64,000 bases of DNA from Gemmatimonadales bacterium (GCA_045403135.1 JAXIPC010000094.1:5013-69012), one strand, 5' to 3'; shown: positions 25,996 through 35,092, counted from the stretch's first letter. Translations and numbers: made by a program. The notes: generated by a model from the letters alone, not told the origin.

Positions 25996-27487
25996 GCCCC
26001 GTTCATTCATCGCGGCCGCCATCATCGCGCTCGTGCTCACCACATCCGCCCACATCGGCTCACCGGATACCTGGTTTGCCGGGACGGCGGGCCCTTACCC
26101 CGTCACTGTGCTGGTGCGCGCGCCGGGCGTCATTCCCGGCCTCGCCGACGTGATCATCAAGGTGACCGGCGAGGGCGTGCGGGCCGTCACGGCGAGTCCG
26201 GCCGCCTACAACGCCGGCGAACGCGGGGTGCCTCCCGCGGACACGGCGCGCGGCGTTGCCGGCCGGCCGGGAACCTGGACGGCGCAGCTCTGGATCATGG
26301 CCCCGGGATCCTATAGCGTCCGGGTCACGGTCGACGGTAGCCGGGGCTCCGGGACGGCGATCGTTCCGGTGTCAGCGGGGGCGACCCGGGTGCTTTCGAT
26401 GGACCGGCGGTTCGGGTGGCTCCTCGCGGGGCTCGCGGCGATCCTCCTCCTCGGAGCGGTGAGCATCATCGGCGCGGCGGCCCGCGAAAGCGTCCTGTCG
26501 CCCGGGGAAGTGCCGGACCGGCGCATGAAGATTCGCGGGCGCATCGCGATGGCGGTGGGCGCGGTCGTGCTCATCGGGGCGCTCGCCGGCGGCAAGGCGT
26601 GGTGGAACGCGGTGGACCGCGACTACCGGAAGCGCCTGGACCGGCGCTGGGTGGCGCAGGCGAGTGTGGTCACAGCGAGTCGCGGGGAGCTGCGACTCCG
26701 ATTCAGCATCGCGGACTCGGTCTGGCGGGGCCGGAGCTGGCGGGATCGGGCTGCGTCTCCGCTGATTCCCGATCACGGAAAGCTGATGCATATGTTCCTG
26801 ATCCGGGAGGCGGACGCGAGCGCCTTCGCCCACCTGCACCCGGTATCCACCGATTCCGCGACGTTCGAAACACCGCTGCCCACATTACCCGGCGGCCGGT
26901 ATCACGTGTTTGCCGACGTCACCCATGAGAGCGGCTACGCCCGGACGCTGGTGGCCGAGGCCGAGCTGCCCGAGGCAGGCGAGGTAGCTCCGACCGATCC
27001 GGACGACGCCTGGTTCGTCGGGGAACCCTCGGACGCCGGCGCCGCCCTGGCCCGGGGGGCGAAGCTCGTCTGGGAGAATCGCCCCGACGCCCTCACGGCC
27101 GGGGCGGATGCGGGACTCGAATTCACGGTCCGCGAGCCTGATGGTTCGATCGGGGCCGTCGAGCCTTACCTCGGCATGAGCGGACACGCGGTGATCATGC
27201 GGGAGGATGGGAAGGTCTACGTGCACCTCCATCCGATGGGCACCGTCTCCCAAGCGGCGCAAGTGGCCCTCCGCGAGCGGCGCCCGGCGGACACCGCCAG
27301 GGGCGCGCTGGGACGCCGGCTGACCGAATCCGGGGCGCTCGCGGCCCATCCGGGCCCCCACCAGATGCTCGAGGGCCGGGCGGCGTTTCCCTACGCCTTT
27401 CCGGAGCCGGGCGACTACCGCATCTGGGTGCAGGTCAAGCGAGCAGCCGTCGTAGAGACCGGCTCCTTTCGGGTTCGGGTAAATTGA
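25979..27487 (+). CDS. membrane-anchored exported protein with two His-rich repeats (..H......D.....HLHP..)
   Basis: GTG start inside the heptamer array. Signal-like N-terminus ..ALVLTTSA/HIGSP. Two central TMs. Repeats DHGKLMHMFLIREADASAFAHLHP and GMSGHAVIMREDGKVYVHLHP. Confidence 0.65.
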   Translation: MSGKRWPRSFIAAAIIALVLTTSAHIGSPDTWFAGTAGPYPVTVLVRAPGVIPGLADVIIKVTGEGVRAVTASPAAYNAGERGVPPADTARGVAGRPGTWTAQLWIMAPGSYSVRVTVDGSRGSGTAIVPVSAGATRVLSMDRRFGWLLAGLAAILLLGAVSIIGAAARESVLSPGEVPDRRMKIRGRIAMAVGAVVLIGALAGGKAWWNAVDRDYRKRLDRRWVAQASVVTASRGELRLRFSIADSVWRGRSWRDRAASPLIPDHGKLMHMFLIREADASAFAHLHPVSTDSATFETPLPTLPGGRYHVFADVTHESGYARTLVAEAELPEAGEVAPTDPDDAWFVGEPSDAGAALARGAKLVWENRPDALTAGADAGLEFTVREPDGSIGAVEPYLGMSGHAVIMREDGKVYVHLHPMGTVSQAAQVALRERRPADTARGALGRRLTESGALAAHPGPHQMLEGRAAFPYAFPEPGDYRIWVQVKRAAVVETGSFRVRVN

Positions 27488-27623
27488 GAGAGCTGCCCCT
27501 GCTGGCGGCTCTCCCCGCCGCCCGGTAGCTTTCGCCATCTTCCCCATCACGGCGGCGATTCCCGTTTCCAGCCCGACCGATCTTCGCTCCGTCCTGCAGA
27601 CCACTCTCGGGACCGGGTTCCGT

Positions 27624-30074
27624 GTGACCCGGGAGTTGGCCGGGGGAGGCATGTCGCGCGTCTTTGTCGCCGAGGAAGAGCTGCTGCAGCGTGAAGTGGT
27701 GGTGAAGCTGCTTCCGCCCGACCTGATGGCGGGACTCAGCGTGGAACGCTTCCGGGCCGAGATCCAGTACGCCGCCCGGCTGCAACACCCCCACATCGTT
27801 CCGGTACTCTCCGCGGGAGTCATCGAGTATGCCGGCGGCACCCGTGGCCCCTACTACACCATGCCCTACATCCGGGGTGAGACGCTCCGGACCCGCCTCG
27901 AGCGGAACGGCTCACTCCCGGCCGACGAGGTCCGCCGGATTCTTCTCGACCTGGCAGACGCGCTTGCCCACGCGCACGAGCACGGCATCGTTCATCGCGA
28001 CATCAAGCCCGACAACATCTTCATCGCCGGCAAGAGCGCCGTCGTCACCGATTTCGGCGTGTCCAAGGCCCTGCGCCGCGACGCGGCCGACGGATTGGTG
28101 ACCGGCGTCGGGGTGACGCTGGGAACTCCGGGATACATGGCGCCCGAGCAGGCCGTCGGTGACGACGAGCTGGATCACCGCGCGGATATCTATGCCGCCG
28201 GCGTGCTCGCCTACGAGATGTTGACCGGGAAGCGCCCCTTCGAAGGCACCACGATTCAGCAGCTGCTGATCGCGCAGGCCGTGAAGACACCGGTGCCCCT
28301 GCTCGAGGTGCGACCCGACATACCGCCCGCACTGGCCGCAATCGTGATGCGCTGTCTGGAGAAACGTCCCGAGGACCGCTTCGAGAGCGCGCATACGCTG
28401 CTGACCGCACTGGAAGCCCTGCCCAGCGGCAGCCATGGCGGCCTGACGCCGGTTCAGCCCGTCGCGAAGTCACGAGCCCCCCGGGCGGCGTTGCTGGGTG
28501 TCCTGGTGCTCGCCACGATCGGTCTCCTGTTGTGGCGGCCCTGGGGTCGTGATGCCGGCGGGCAGCCGGTGTCCGGCGGGCGCACGGCGTCGGTCGCGGT
28601 GCTGCCGCCGGAATACTTTCAGCCCGATTCCGCGGTGGCGGTTACCCTCGCGGACCTGGTGGATCACATCAGCAACGACTTGAGCCGGGTCGAGGGTCTC
28701 AAGGTGGTGAACTACATGTCCGTCGGGGCGCTGCTCCGCCGGGGCGCTACGCCACCGCTCAAGGACATGGGACAAGCGCTGGGAGTCGATCACTTCGTCC
28801 TGTTCGTGCCCAGCCGCACCGGGCGCGGACCGGAGGTGAGCGTCCAGCTCATCGTCGCCGCCACCCAGGCGCAGCTCTGGCGCACCCGGTACACGCCCGA
28901 CTCGGCCAACTTCGACGAGATCAACGATGAGGTGGTATCGCGGGTGACCCACGCGCTGATCGGTGAGGGGGCCCGGCTGCCACCCGAGGCGCACTCGGCG
29001 CGGGCCCGCCGCGAGGGCGCCCACGGCGAGTACCTGGCCGGACAGCGCGCCCTGCGGCGCCGGACTCCCGAGGGGATCGCCGAGGCGATACGTCTCTTCG
29101 AGAGCGCCATCCGGCTGGACTCCACCCACGCCGAGGCGGTGGGCCGGCTTGCGACCGCGCTGGCGCTCCAGCTGAGCTACGGGTATCGCACCACGCTGCC
29201 AAGCTACCCGACGGCGGCGCGCGCGGTGACCCTCGCGGAGCGGGCGATGGAGCTCGATCCGACCCGTGCGGAGCCGGTGGCCTTCCGCGCTTACATCGAG
29301 TATCTGGCCTTTGCCCCCGCGGCCACCGTCCGCGCCGACTTCGAGCGCGCCATCCGGCTGCGGCCGGCGGAGGCCGACGTCGCCGGATGGCATGCGCTCA
29401 TGCTGCTCCGGGAGGGCAAGCACGACCTCTCATTGGACGAATCCCGCCGCGCGCTGGAGCTGGATCCGCTGTCCTCGGCGCGACATCTGAGCTACGCTCT
29501 GGCCGCGCTGGGGGCACGGCGCTATCCGATCGCGGGACTCGAGGCCAAGCGCGCCACCGAGATCGAGCCGACCCTGCGGCGCTCCCGACAGGTCGAGGCG
29601 CTGGCGATGCTGCTCCAGGATCGCGGCGCCGAGTGCGCCCGGATGGACCTGGCACCGTATGCGGGCGTGAAGGCGATGTGTCTCAGAGCGGCCGGGCGGG
29701 AGCGCGAATCGCGGGCGATGGTCGATTCACTGCGCGCGGTGGCCGCCCTCGAGGGAGAAAGCGACGCGGTCTACTCCGATCTGCTCCCCGCGCAGGAGCT
29801 GGCCACCTACTACGCGTGGACCGGGAACGCGGGTGAGTCGCTCAAGTACCTTCGCCTGGCCTTCAGCCGTTCCCCGGTGGGAGTGGACCAGCGGATCGTG
29901 CAATCCGGCGTCTTCGACCCCGTGCGGGAGGCGCCGGGGTTTTCCGAGGAGCTTGCCCGGCTGCAGGACGCCGTCTGGCCCAGAGTGCTGGAGCAGCGCA
30001 AGCGGGTGGAGGAATCGGCAGGCAGCGTACCGCTGGCGGCCCGCTTGCGGGGAGCGTGGGTCCATGGCGGATGA
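27624..30074 (+). CDS. Ser/Thr protein kinase with TM, TolB-N-like periplasmic module and TPR-like C-terminus
   Basis: Kinase motifs GGGMSRVF, VVVKLL, HRDIKPDN, DFG, GTPGYMAPE. The true start is probably upstream of the first GVG/ATG-class codon at 27624 (see finding). Confidence 0.85.
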   Translation: MTRELAGGGMSRVFVAEEELLQREVVVKLLPPDLMAGLSVERFRAEIQYAARLQHPHIVPVLSAGVIEYAGGTRGPYYTMPYIRGETLRTRLERNGSLPADEVRRILLDLADALAHAHEHGIVHRDIKPDNIFIAGKSAVVTDFGVSKALRRDAADGLVTGVGVTLGTPGYMAPEQAVGDDELDHRADIYAAGVLAYEMLTGKRPFEGTTIQQLLIAQAVKTPVPLLEVRPDIPPALAAIVMRCLEKRPEDRFESAHTLLTALEALPSGSHGGLTPVQPVAKSRAPRAALLGVLVLATIGLLLWRPWGRDAGGQPVSGGRTASVAVLPPEYFQPDSAVAVTLADLVDHISNDLSRVEGLKVVNYMSVGALLRRGATPPLKDMGQALGVDHFVLFVPSRTGRGPEVSVQLIVAATQAQLWRTRYTPDSANFDEINDEVVSRVTHALIGEGARLPPEAHSARARREGAHGEYLAGQRALRRRTPEGIAEAIRLFESAIRLDSTHAEAVGRLATALALQLSYGYRTTLPSYPTAARAVTLAERAMELDPTRAEPVAFRAYIEYLAFAPAATVRADFERAIRLRPAEADVAGWHALMLLREGKHDLSLDESRRALELDPLSSARHLSYALAALGARRYPIAGLEAKRATEIEPTLRRSRQVEALAMLLQDRGAECARMDLAPYAGVKAMCLRAAGRERESRAMVDSLRAVAALEGESDAVYSDLLPAQELATYYAWTGNAGESLKYLRLAFSRSPVGVDQRIVQSGVFDPVREAPGFSEELARLQDAVWPRVLEQRKRVEESAGSVPLAARLRGAWVHGG

Positions 30075-31029
30075 GCCGACCAAGAAGGCCCCGCGGAAGC
30101 GTCGCTCCAAGGTACCGCCGGAGCCGCGCGGGCTCACCGCACGGCAGGTGGGTGCCGGGGTGCCGCCCGCGGCGGTGATGCGGCTGATGGAGTCGGTCGA
30201 AGCCGACGGCGGGGCGGTGATAGGACCCTATCGCGAGCCGCTGGAAGGCTTATGGCAGGTGATGGCCGCACTGCCGGTCGATCGGGTGGAGCCGACTGCC
30301 TACCAGCGGGACCTGTCGGCGCCCCATGTCGTACGCCTGGCCGAGGCCATGCAGAAGTTGGGACGATACGTGGATCCGATCGTGGTGGTGCGAGGAGAAG
30401 ACGGGACCTATCGCACCCCGAACGGCAACCACCGACTGGCGGCGCTCAAGAGCCTGGGTGCCCGCTCGGTCGTGGCCCTGGTGGTACCGGAACCCGAAGT
30501 GGCCCACCGCATTCTGGTGCTCAACACGGAGAAGGCGCACAATGTGCGAGAGCGCGCCCTCGAGGTGATCCGGCTGGCCGAGGCCCTGTCGATGCTCGAC
30601 GACCGGCCGGAGCGCGAGTACGCGGTGGAATTCGAGGAGCCGTCGCTGCTGACCCTGGGTCTCTGCTACCAGCAGAACGGACGGTTTTCGGGCGGCGCGT
30701 ACCACCCGGTGCTCAAGCGCACCGAGAAGTTCGGCGCGGCGAAGCTCAGCAATGCGCTGGTGACGCGGCGGGCGCGCGCCGAACGGCTGGCCGAGCTCGA
30801 TGCAGTCGTGGTGGAGACGGTGGGGAAGCTCAAGGAACGGGGCCTCGAGAGCCCCTATCTCAAGGCATTCGTGCTGGCACGGATCAATCCGATCCGGTTC
30901 CACCGCGGCGCCGCGCCCGACGTCGACGAGGTGATCGAGAAGATGCTCGGGGCCGCTCGGCGGTTCGACGCGGGCAAGGTGCGGCCCGACCAGGTGGCGC
31001 GAACCGGCGGCGCGCCGGACGAGGGTTGA
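30064..31029 (+). CDS. ParB/Srx-fold (ParB N-terminal domain-like) protein
   Basis: Start at MADEPTKKAPRKRR.. (30064), overlapping the kinase end by 11 nt. ..PTAYQRDLSAPHVVRLAEAM.. and ..TPNGNHRLAALKSLG.. match the QR ... (D/N)GxHR signature of the ParB-like nuclease fold. Confidence 0.7.
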   Translation: MADEPTKKAPRKRRSKVPPEPRGLTARQVGAGVPPAAVMRLMESVEADGGAVIGPYREPLEGLWQVMAALPVDRVEPTAYQRDLSAPHVVRLAEAMQKLGRYVDPIVVVRGEDGTYRTPNGNHRLAALKSLGARSVVALVVPEPEVAHRILVLNTEKAHNVRERALEVIRLAEALSMLDDRPEREYAVEFEEPSLLTLGLCYQQNGRFSGGAYHPVLKRTEKFGAAKLSNALVTRRARAERLAELDAVVVETVGKLKERGLESPYLKAFVLARINPIRFHRGAAPDVDEVIEKMLGAARRFDAGKVRPDQVARTGGAPDEG

Positions 31030-31042
31030 GCTTCCGTCCGCC

Positions 31043-31106
31043 TAGCGTCATAGCGTCATAGCGTCATAGAGTCATAGCGTCATAGCCTCTTAGCCTCTTA
31101 GCGTCT
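31043..31106. repeat. 8-nt tandem repeat array, 8 units (TAGCGTCA x5 with one variant, TAGCCTCT x2, TAGCGTCT)
   Basis: The array fills the spacer between convergent genes (stops at 31027-31029 and 31098-31100). The TAA stop and last codons of the minus-strand gene lie inside the array. Confidence 0.9.
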
Positions 31107-32156
31107 ACGCACCCCTATGCTCGCCACCGTTCCGCCCTTCAGCATCGTCGGCAGGGCGTTGATGTAGAGCACCAGCCCGGCCTCCGGTGCCACAGCGTCG
31201 GCCAGCTTTCGCCCCAGGTAGTCGGTAACGTATCCCAGCTTCAGGCCCGCGGTGACCCAGGTATCGCGCTCGACCAGGGGAACGAAGATCCCGGCCGAAT
31301 CGCTCGCGACCGTCACCAGCCGATCGAACCAGATGAAGGTGTTCTTCTTCTGTGGCGGCCTGTGGATCATGCGCAACGTGCCCATGACGTTCAGGGCGCC
31401 GTTCATCAGCGCGTCCACGTCCGCAGGCAGGACCGTGCCGGCGTATCCCGCTTCGACGGTGATCGAGGGCTTGCCGCGCGTGGTGGCGGTATTCTCCAGA
31501 TAGCGCGAGGCCGCGGGATCCTTGGGACGATCGCTGGAGATGATGACGTGGTTCAGCCCGAACGCCATCACCATGGCCCGCGAGATCGAGTCCTGGGCCG
31601 CGCGACCGGTCACCGTCCAATAGCTGTACGGACGGAGATTCTCGTCGAGATCCCCGCCATGGAAGTCGATCAGATGGTCGCACTGCTCGACGACCTCCCG
31701 CGTGATCAGCCAGGAAGCCCGTTCGGTCTGGGTTCCGGACGGACTGCCGGGATAGAACCGGTTCATGTTCTTGCCATCGACCGGATTGAGGTGAGGCACC
31801 CGCTGCTCGAACGACGGCACGTTGACCAGCGGCACCAGAATTACCGATCCGGCAAGACCGGCCGGGTCGATCCGGTCCACCAGGCGGGATACCGCTACGA
31901 TCGAGGCGTACTCGGTACCGTGCGCTCCGGACATCAGCGCGAGAACCGGTCCGGGCCGGGCGCCGTTCACGACCGCGACCGAGATTCGGGTACCCGAGTC
32001 CACGCCGTCGGGCACCACGATTTCTCCGTATGCCTTTTCGCCGCGTCGAGCGCTTGCGGTTCCGACGGTAATGACCGCGCGCGGATCGGCCTGGGATCGC
32101 GCTGCGGCCGGCAGCGGAAGCGCGATGGCCGCTGCCAGCACAAGAATGAGCCTCAC
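31098..32156 (-). CDS. succinylglutamate desuccinylase/aspartoacylase (AstE/AspA, M14-like) family protein
   Basis: GTG start with GGAGGA RBS. Signal peptide. ..MSGAHGTEYASI.. and ..HLIDFHGGD.. are zinc-ligand regions typical of the family. Confidence 0.85.
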   Translation of the reverse strand: MRLILVLAAAIALPLPAAARSQADPRAVITVGTASARRGEKAYGEIVVPDGVDSGTRISVAVVNGARPGPVLALMSGAHGTEYASIVAVSRLVDRIDPAGLAGSVILVPLVNVPSFEQRVPHLNPVDGKNMNRFYPGSPSGTQTERASWLITREVVEQCDHLIDFHGGDLDENLRPYSYWTVTGRAAQDSISRAMVMAFGLNHVIISSDRPKDPAASRYLENTATTRGKPSITVEAGYAGTVLPADVDALMNGALNVMGTLRMIHRPPQKKNTFIWFDRLVTVASDSAGIFVPLVERDTWVTAGLKLGYVTDYLGRKLADAVAPEAGLVLYINALPTMLKGGTVASIGVRRR

Positions 32157-32227
32157 GTCTTTCCTCCGGGGAAGCCAGTCTCCATGTTACTCCCGTTCAC
32201 TTGTCATCGCGAGCCCGGAGGAGGGCC

Positions 32228-33526
32228 ATGAATCGACGCGAATTCACCGCGACCGCTGTCTCCACGCTGGCCGCCTCCGCCATTCCCTTCCGGTTCCGGC
32301 AGCAGGCCCTCAGGGTCGACGGCGCCCGCCTCAACGCGCACCTCGCGGCGCTGGGCGAATTCGGAAAGAACCCCGTGGGCGGGGTGAGCCGGGTGGCCTA
32401 TACCGAATTCGACCGCCAGGCACGCGAAACGGTGATGGGGTGGATGCGCGCGGCCAAGCTCGACGTGTCGATCGACCTGGCCGCTAATCTGGTCGGGCGG
32501 CGGCCCGGCTCGGATTCGTCGCTCAAGCCGATCGTCCTCGGCTCGCATATCGATTCGGTGCCGATGGGCGGCAACTACGATGGCCAGGTCGGCTCGACCG
32601 GCGCGATCGAAGTGGCGGAAACACTCGCCGCCGCAGGCATCTCGCTCCGGCACCCGCTGGAAGTCCTGATCTTCTCGAACGAGGAAGGCGGCACCATCGG
32701 GAGCCACTCCATCACCGACGGCCTTCCCGCCGCGGAGCTCGAGCGCGTGTCCCAGAGCGGTAAGACGTTCCGGGAGGGGATTCGCTTCCTGGGCGGAGAT
32801 CCCGACCGGCTGGACGCGGTGCGTCGCTCCAAGGGTGACATCGCCGCGTATCTGGAGCTGCACATCGAGCAGGGCGGCCGGCTCGACCAGGCGGGGATTC
32901 CCATCGGGGTGGTGCTGGGCATCGTCGGCATTCGCCACTGGGACGTCACGATCGACGGATTCGGGAATCACGCCGGCACCACGCCTATGAAGGGGCGGCG
33001 GGACGCGCTCCTGGTGGCAGCTCGCTGTATCGACGCGGTCAATCGGATCGTGACCAGCGTACCAGGCCGTCAGGTCGGGACGGTGGGGAAGATCCGGGTC
33101 GAGCCGGGGGCGTATAACGTGATTCCCGGGCGCGCGGTGTTCGGCTTGGAGCTGCGGGAGCTCGACGACACGAAAACCCTGGGTTTCTACCGGCGGATCC
33201 GGGCCGAATGCGAGCGGCTGGCGCGGGCCGGCGGATGCACCATCTCCTTCGCGGAGACGCTGGCAAGCTTCCCGGCGCTGACCGATCCGGGGATCCGGCG
33301 CAGCATCGCAACGGCCGCCAGGGGCCTGGGGCTTCCCACGATGGAGCTGCCGAGCGGAGCGGGGCACGATGCGCAGGAAATGGCCCGGATCGGGCCGGTG
33401 GGCATGATCTTCATCCCGAGCAAGGACGGCATCAGCCACTCGCCCAAGGAGTTTTCCAAACCGGCCGACATCGAGAACGGAGCCAACGTCCTGTTACACA
33501 CGCTGCTCCGGCTCGATCAGTCCTGA
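32228..33526 (+). CDS. M20 family amidohydrolase (allantoate amidohydrolase / N-carbamoyl-L-amino-acid hydrolase type)
   Basis: Start at MNRREFTATAVSTLAAS (Tat-like) with GGAGGAGGG RBS. ..LGSHIDSVPMGGNYDGQVG.., ..NEEGG.. and ..SGAGHDAQ.. are metal-ligand motifs. Confidence 0.9.
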   Translation: MNRREFTATAVSTLAASAIPFRFRQQALRVDGARLNAHLAALGEFGKNPVGGVSRVAYTEFDRQARETVMGWMRAAKLDVSIDLAANLVGRRPGSDSSLKPIVLGSHIDSVPMGGNYDGQVGSTGAIEVAETLAAAGISLRHPLEVLIFSNEEGGTIGSHSITDGLPAAELERVSQSGKTFREGIRFLGGDPDRLDAVRRSKGDIAAYLELHIEQGGRLDQAGIPIGVVLGIVGIRHWDVTIDGFGNHAGTTPMKGRRDALLVAARCIDAVNRIVTSVPGRQVGTVGKIRVEPGAYNVIPGRAVFGLELRELDDTKTLGFYRRIRAECERLARAGGCTISFAETLASFPALTDPGIRRSIATAARGLGLPTMELPSGAGHDAQEMARIGPVGMIFIPSKDGISHSPKEFSKPADIENGANVLLHTLLRLDQS

Positions 33527-33529
33527 GCG

Positions 33530-35083
33530 TCAGGAAGAGCAGCTCACGCTGATCTCCCGGGCCCTCGCGGTCGGCGGCTCCGCAAAGCGCTCCATTCCCG
33601 GGTGCTCGTCGTAAGGTGAGGCAAACAGCTGTCTGAGCTCCTCGACCATCCCGAATTCCTTTCGCTGAGCGTGCTCGATCGCTTCCTGGGCGATCCAATT
33701 GCGCAGCACGTATCGGGGATTGACCCGCCGTATCCTCTCCTGCCGCTCGACGTCCACGCTGCCCTCCGCCCTGAGGCGCGCCGCGTAGCCCGCCGCCCAG
33801 GCATCGAGCTCGGCCCGGTCGCCGGCCGGCAGCTCGGGCGCCGCGCCCTCCGGCCATGCCCCCAGGGTGCTGTCGAAGCTTCCCAGGGACCGAAGGAATC
33901 CGGTGTAGTCGACGCGCTGGTCGCGCAGCAGCGCGAACAGCTCGCGGAAGAGCACCGGGTCGGTTTCGCTCTCGGTGAGCAGGCCGATCCGGGCCCGCAT
34001 GAGGCGTCCATACTCCGGAGTGAACGCCTTCCAGTACGATTCCAGCTCTTCCTGCCAGCCGGCCAGCGCCGGATCCGGTTCACCGCCCGGCGCCCCCCGA
34101 TTCGCGAGCGCCGGTTCGGTGACCAGCAGCGCCTCGCCCAACCGGGCACAGCTCCACATCCCGATGTCCGGTTGCCGGCCGAAGGCATAGCGGCCCTCGA
34201 CATCGGTGTGGTTGCAGATGAAGTCGGGGTCGTAGTCGTCGAGGAAACCGTAGGGCCCGTAGTCCAGTGTCAGCCCCAGAATGGACATGTTGTCGGTATT
34301 CATGACGCCGTGGGCGAACCCGGCGGCCATCCACTGTGCCATCAGGACGCCGGTGCGTCGGGTTACCACGCCGAACAAACGGCGAATCCGATCCGGATCT
34401 CCGGCGAGATCCGGGTAATGACCCTCGATGACATGGTCGGCGAGCTCCCGCACCCGGTCCACCTCGCCCCGGGACGCGAAATACTCGAAGGTTCCAAAAC
34501 GAATGTGGCTGGGCGCCAGGCGGATCAGTGTCGCGGCGGTTTCAACGGTTTCGCGCTGCACCGGAAGATCACTCCCCACGATGCTGAGCGCGCGCGAGCT
34601 GGGGATCCCGAGCCCATGGAGAGCCTCGGAGGCCAGATACTCACGAATCACCGAGCGGAGCACCGCGCGGCCGTCACCGAAGCGGGAAAAGCGGGTCTTG
34701 CCGCCACCCTTCAGGTGCAGATCCCAGATCGAGTCACCGTGGCGCACCTGACCCAGCAGGAAAGCGCGGCCATCGCCGAGCTGAGGAACCCAGACCCCGA
34801 ATTGATGACCGGCATACGCTTGCGCGATCGGTTCCGACCCGGGGATGCGCAGGGCGCCGCTCAGATACAATGGAAGCGCCGGATCCCTCGCGGCTTCCGG
34901 GTCGAGATCGAGGAGCGCGGCGGCATCCGGATTGAGCGCCACCAGGTACGGGTCGGGCAACGGCGTCGGGTCCACGACTTCGTAGAACGCCGGGTGGAGG
35001 CGGGCGTAGCTGTTATCGAACGAGAGATCGGTGATGGGGCGCACCCGTGAAAGATAGGCTATCTTAGCGTCTCCATCTCCCAT
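33530..35083 (-). CDS. selO: protein adenylyltransferase SelO (YdiU/UPF0061)
   Basis: ..AQAYAGHQFG..QLGDGRA.. and the kinase-like core. C-terminus ..VSCSS corresponds to the Cys version of the eukaryotic CVUSS tail. The start may be ATG 35083 or GTG 35044. Confidence 0.9.
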   Translation of the reverse strand: MGDGDAKIAYLSRVRPITDLSFDNSYARLHPAFYEVVDPTPLPDPYLVALNPDAAALLDLDPEAARDPALPLYLSGALRIPGSEPIAQAYAGHQFGVWVPQLGDGRAFLLGQVRHGDSIWDLHLKGGGKTRFSRFGDGRAVLRSVIREYLASEALHGLGIPSSRALSIVGSDLPVQRETVETAATLIRLAPSHIRFGTFEYFASRGEVDRVRELADHVIEGHYPDLAGDPDRIRRLFGVVTRRTGVLMAQWMAAGFAHGVMNTDNMSILGLTLDYGPYGFLDDYDPDFICNHTDVEGRYAFGRQPDIGMWSCARLGEALLVTEPALANRGAPGGEPDPALAGWQEELESYWKAFTPEYGRLMRARIGLLTESETDPVLFRELFALLRDQRVDYTGFLRSLGSFDSTLGAWPEGAAPELPAGDRAELDAWAAGYAARLRAEGSVDVERQERIRRVNPRYVLRNWIAQEAIEHAQRKEFGMVEELRQLFASPYDEHPGMERFAEPPTARAREISVSCSS

Positions 35084-35092
35084 CCATCTCGC

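Noticed and set aside
22870-26055. 1061-aa track ORF suggesting a giant GMC fusion protein
   Set aside because: Only the C-terminal 498 aa, from MSAVRCDVAIVGSGAGGG at 24366, looks like a protein. The N-terminal extension is low-complexity and overlaps, antisense, the better-supported membrane protein genes at 24823..25959 and 25979..27487. On its own strand it overlaps the small-subunit gene in another frame.
31043-31106. Possibility that the short tandem arrays (here and at 25952, 50045, 51643, 54611, 57543, 60415, 62042) are CRISPR arrays
   Set aside because: The units are only 7-8 nt and directly abut one another with no unique spacers. No cas genes are in the window. Several arrays are translated inside genes.
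33522-33534. Mini-palindromes CCTGA-GCG-TCAGG (33522-33534), GCTGA-GCGGAG-TCAGC (21111-21126) and TGA-C-TCA (11681-11687) at convergent gene ends, considered as bidirectional terminators
   Set aside because: The 5-bp stems arise almost automatically when TGA stops on opposite strands face each other (TGA/TCA). They are too short and lack U-tracts, so I cannot support a terminator call.
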